Assembly (NCBI GenBank): GCA_040437565.1 | Contig: JBDOQK010000011.1 | Coordinates: 496,001-560,000 of the forward strand | Length of the DNA stretch: 64,000 bases | Direction: 5' to 3' | DNA from: Albugo candida | Lineage: Eukaryota | In this document: one piece after another, positions 61,121-64,000 of the stretch | Layout of the letters: each line of letters begins with the position of its first letter | How positions within the stretch are numbered: position 1 is the stretch's first letter | Made by a program: the position numbers and the translations under genes | Notes under the pieces: model-generated | The model's input: only the letters and a program-made list of their open reading frames with translations | What the model was told of the DNA's origin: nothing | Database searches by the model: none

Positions 61121-62891
61121 TCACAGAAGCGTCATCGGCTGTATCTGCTGTATCTGCTGCGAGGTATACGGTGCATACCCGTGCAACTGTGCATTGTAAA
61201 TCACTGCGTGGTTCGAGTGCTCTGTTGCCACATTCGATAGACCTGAACCCATGTCCGCAGAATTCTGATGTACGTACTGATTCGCATCCAATCGATTATA
61301 ATGCGATATGGAGTGTCGTTCCGCGTTGTCATCTGACGGAGCAGCGATTGACTGGAGATTTTCTGTTGTGGGAAATTGACCCTGAAAATGTGTGTGGGGA
61401 TAGTGATTCGGAATGTTTCGCTCGAACGATTGCTTCAGTCTCGCGCACCCGTACATTTGACGATCGCTGGTGTATGACAGTACGCCTTGATCTTTTATAG
61501 ACCATTGAGCAAGACTATCGGGATAGTTGATAGAGCGCTCTGATTGATATTTGCTGCTTGGCTGCGCAGGTGTTCGATCGGCCAAGTTGGAAGGCAAATT
61601 ACCTCCATATTGACCGAGATTTGCCGCTCGGGCATCTACCATCATCATTGATTCATACGACTGCTGATCCGTTTGGATGTGCAGGTAGGGATCTCTGGGG
61701 AATCCGTCTACCGTGTGACTTATATTTGGTCGCACAATGTTCGTGTTCTTGAATGGCACATTCTGGAAAGAGGTCGTTGCTCGTCTCGAATCACCAAGTG
61801 TCGATGAAGGCGCTGATGTGATATGCGCCTGATTTGGCTGCTTCTTCATTGTCTCATAGTTGAATGTGAGAGGCTTGGGAGTTGTATTCGCATGGAAGGA
61901 GCATTTTCCTTTTTTTCGAGCTGGTTTATTGCAGTCATTGTAATCGCATCGTTTTCCACCTCCATGTTCAGCACAGAATCCTCCTCCACGATCATTCTTT
62001 GTACACTCTGCATGCTGACAGAATCGACTTCCACCATGACTAGCACAATATCCACCTCGTTGAGCACCTTTGGTACATCCTTGTTTATCGCAGCGTTGAC
62101 CGCCACCATGGGCTCGACAAAGGCCACCGCCCTGACTACTCTTGATACACCCGGCTACTTGGCACCGTATACCTCCACCGTGTGCTTTNNNNNNNNNNNN
62201 NNNNNNNNNNNNNNNNNNNNNNNNNNNNNNNNNNNNNNNNNNNNNNNNNNNNNNNNNNNNNNNNNNNNNNNNNNNNNNNNNNNNNNNNTCCTTTTTTTCG
62301 AGCTGGTTTATTGCAGTCATTGTAATCGCATCGTTTTCCACCTCCATGTTCAGCACAGAATCCTCCTCCACGATCATTCTTTGTACACTCTGCATGCTGA
62401 CAGAATCGACTTCCACCATGACTAGCACAATATCCACCTCGTTGAGCACCTTTGGTACATCCTTGTTTATCGCAGCGTTGACCGCCACCATGGGCTCGAC
62501 AAAGGCCACCGCCCTGACTACTCTTGATACACCCGGCTACTTGGCACCGTATACCTCCACCGTGTGCTTTGCAAAGTCCATTCGATTGGGATGCCTTGGT
62601 GCATCCAATATGATTACATCGTTTACCTCCGCCATGACGAATGCAAAGCCCTTGACCCTGACTACTACGATCACAACCTTCGACCATGCATCGTCTACCC
62701 CCACCATGTGCTTTACATAAGCCTTTCGAACGAACTCTTCTTCTGCAATTTGCGTACTTACAAACGCGATTCAATGTATTTGATTCATCCAAATTCTCGG
62801 AACAAATGTCATTTATGTATTTCTCATCAATAGCGGGTTTTCTGATGTAGACATCATCATTTGTAGTAGTCTTGCTGCTACTATTACTCAT
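61121..62891 (-). CDS. WRKY19-like Cys/His zinc-finger repeat protein; repeat block partly duplicated across gap 62189-62288
   Basis: Seven Cx4C..C..HGG(G) units followed by a Gln/Ser-rich tail; family is abundant in oomycetes. Confidence 0.85.
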
Positions 62892-63609
62892 TCGGCTTTT
62901 TATGCATTTAACAACGAGATTTGGCACCGAATTAAGACGTGAGTATCACTGAGTATATAGGCGACAATGATGTTTTTATCTGTTCAGTGCAAAAAAAGTG
63001 AGATCAGCTCTGTCAGAGGTGAGTCATGTAAAAGAGGTCTCTACCAAATAAGTTGCTGTGGTGGCGATGAGTTTACGGCTTTTTTTATGTGCCAATTTCT
63101 TGAATAATGGCCAGTTTGACGCGATTAGATCCCACAAGCAATGTAATCTTATTTTTTATATGTGATGGGCTCACTCTATGCTTCAGAATTGTTCGAATGA
63201 CCACACTTTTACAGCCTGCAACCTCATACAAAAGGAGTGACATTTACAGATTAGATTATTGCTGCTCTATAAAACGCCTTGGAGTCATGCTACACGCACA
63301 CATGTAAAAATTAGAATGTTGAATGTACCGGTCCGTTGAGATGCGTTAGAATCATCTCCATTGCTCTTTCGATGATGCGCAGATGGACAGAATGGCGTTG
63401 TATCACATTAGACGGGATGATTACAAGGTCAGGTAACTATAGCATATCGCATTTGTGCACCTAGCCCGGTGCTTTTACAAAGCGCAACATCAGAAATTGG
63501 AAAGGCACACATATTCTTGCTATATCACCACTATGTTCAGTAGCTCTATACGTGTATAAAGGGTAGAGTAAACAAGTTTGCTGAACCAATCACAAATTCT
63601 GGTTGAAAA

Positions 63610-64000
63610 ATGATTCCATTCCAACAAAAACAGATTTTACGCAATGTTCGTTTCTCTATCTTTGCGCATATCAATGCATACTTCTCTTCCAAACCCATAA
63701 AAATCTCACAACCGCTTCAATCTGAGAATACTAACAAAAAAAGCAATCAAAATGGGGTGATTTATGACGTGAAAACCACAGTAACTCGATTGAAAGAGAA
63801 TGTCGAAATGATTAGCGATATTCAGAATTTGAGCAAAAACGGACTCACAGAGCGTCTGGAGATGCCAATGGAATTAGTTAGGCGTCTGTCCACTCTCACG
63901 AAACAGCGCTCTCATTCGCAATTGGAAGATCTAAATCTAAATTATATTCGAGATGGTGAGAACGCTCGGAAATTTCCCCGTGACACGCATGAAACTCCTG
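63610..64000 (+). CDS. 5' part of a gene running off the window; mitochondrial-presequence-like N-terminus
   Basis: Open frame from ATG 63610 (MIPFQQKQILRNVRFSIFAHINAYFSSK..) to the window end, 130 codons without a stop; absent from the ORF track because truncated. Confidence 0.55.
   Translation, partial: MIPFQQKQILRNVRFSIFAHINAYFSSKPIKISQPLQSENTNKKSNQNGVIYDVKTTVTRLKENVEMISDIQNLSKNGLTERLEMPMELVRRLSTLTKQRSHSQLEDLNLNYIRDGENARKFPRDTHETP

Noticed and set aside
61823..62720. Long alternative-frame and antisense ORFs over the zinc-finger repeats (MAFVEPMVAV.., MRLIWLLLH..)
   Set aside because: They are shadows of Gly/His/Cys repeat codons and are joined artificially through the N gap.
61900..62770. 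Periodic ~72-bp repeats as a CRISPR-like array
   Set aside because: The repeats are degenerate protein-coding units in a eukaryotic gene, with no identical DNA repeats or cas genes.
63610..64000. Naming the truncated last gene as Rsm22/METTL17
   Set aside because: Only a presequence-like N-terminus is visible; no methyltransferase motif lies inside the window.

Overview
Gene-dense eukaryotic scaffold with short (~50-60 nt) spliceosomal introns, intergenic gaps often under 250 bp and oomycete-type gene families. It most likely comes from a compact oomycete genome such as Albugo (white rust); this is inference from gene content and architecture, not a database result. About 30 protein-coding genes can be read. 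They include an HSF-type transcription factor, TRF4-like poly(A) polymerase, CACYBP/SIP, a B-box protein, ADAT1, RanBP1, URB2, an RPGRIP1L-like coiled coil, cyclin L, SEN2, a kinesin, Ap4A phosphorylase, QSOX, a C2-PH-ankyrin-WW protein, ADP/ATP carrier, TRS23, Kelch-MORN, WDR62/MAPKBP1, an SH3b-like/acidic protein, CFAP69, a multi-saposin protein and a CxxxGC/HGGG zinc-finger repeat protein. The first ~4.4 kb is gene-poor and holds a decayed HAD-family gene and a possible retroelement trace. Nine of the eleven 100-N gaps are flanked by duplicated sequence (unmerged contig overlaps). Two of these pairs differ by ~3-4%, suggesting divergent haplotypes. I found no prokaryotic systems, CRISPR arrays, rRNA or tRNA genes, and no clear new multi-gene system. 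The best leads are unusual domain architectures, a new short repeat motif and the haplotype divergence. Exon boundaries were read by eye.
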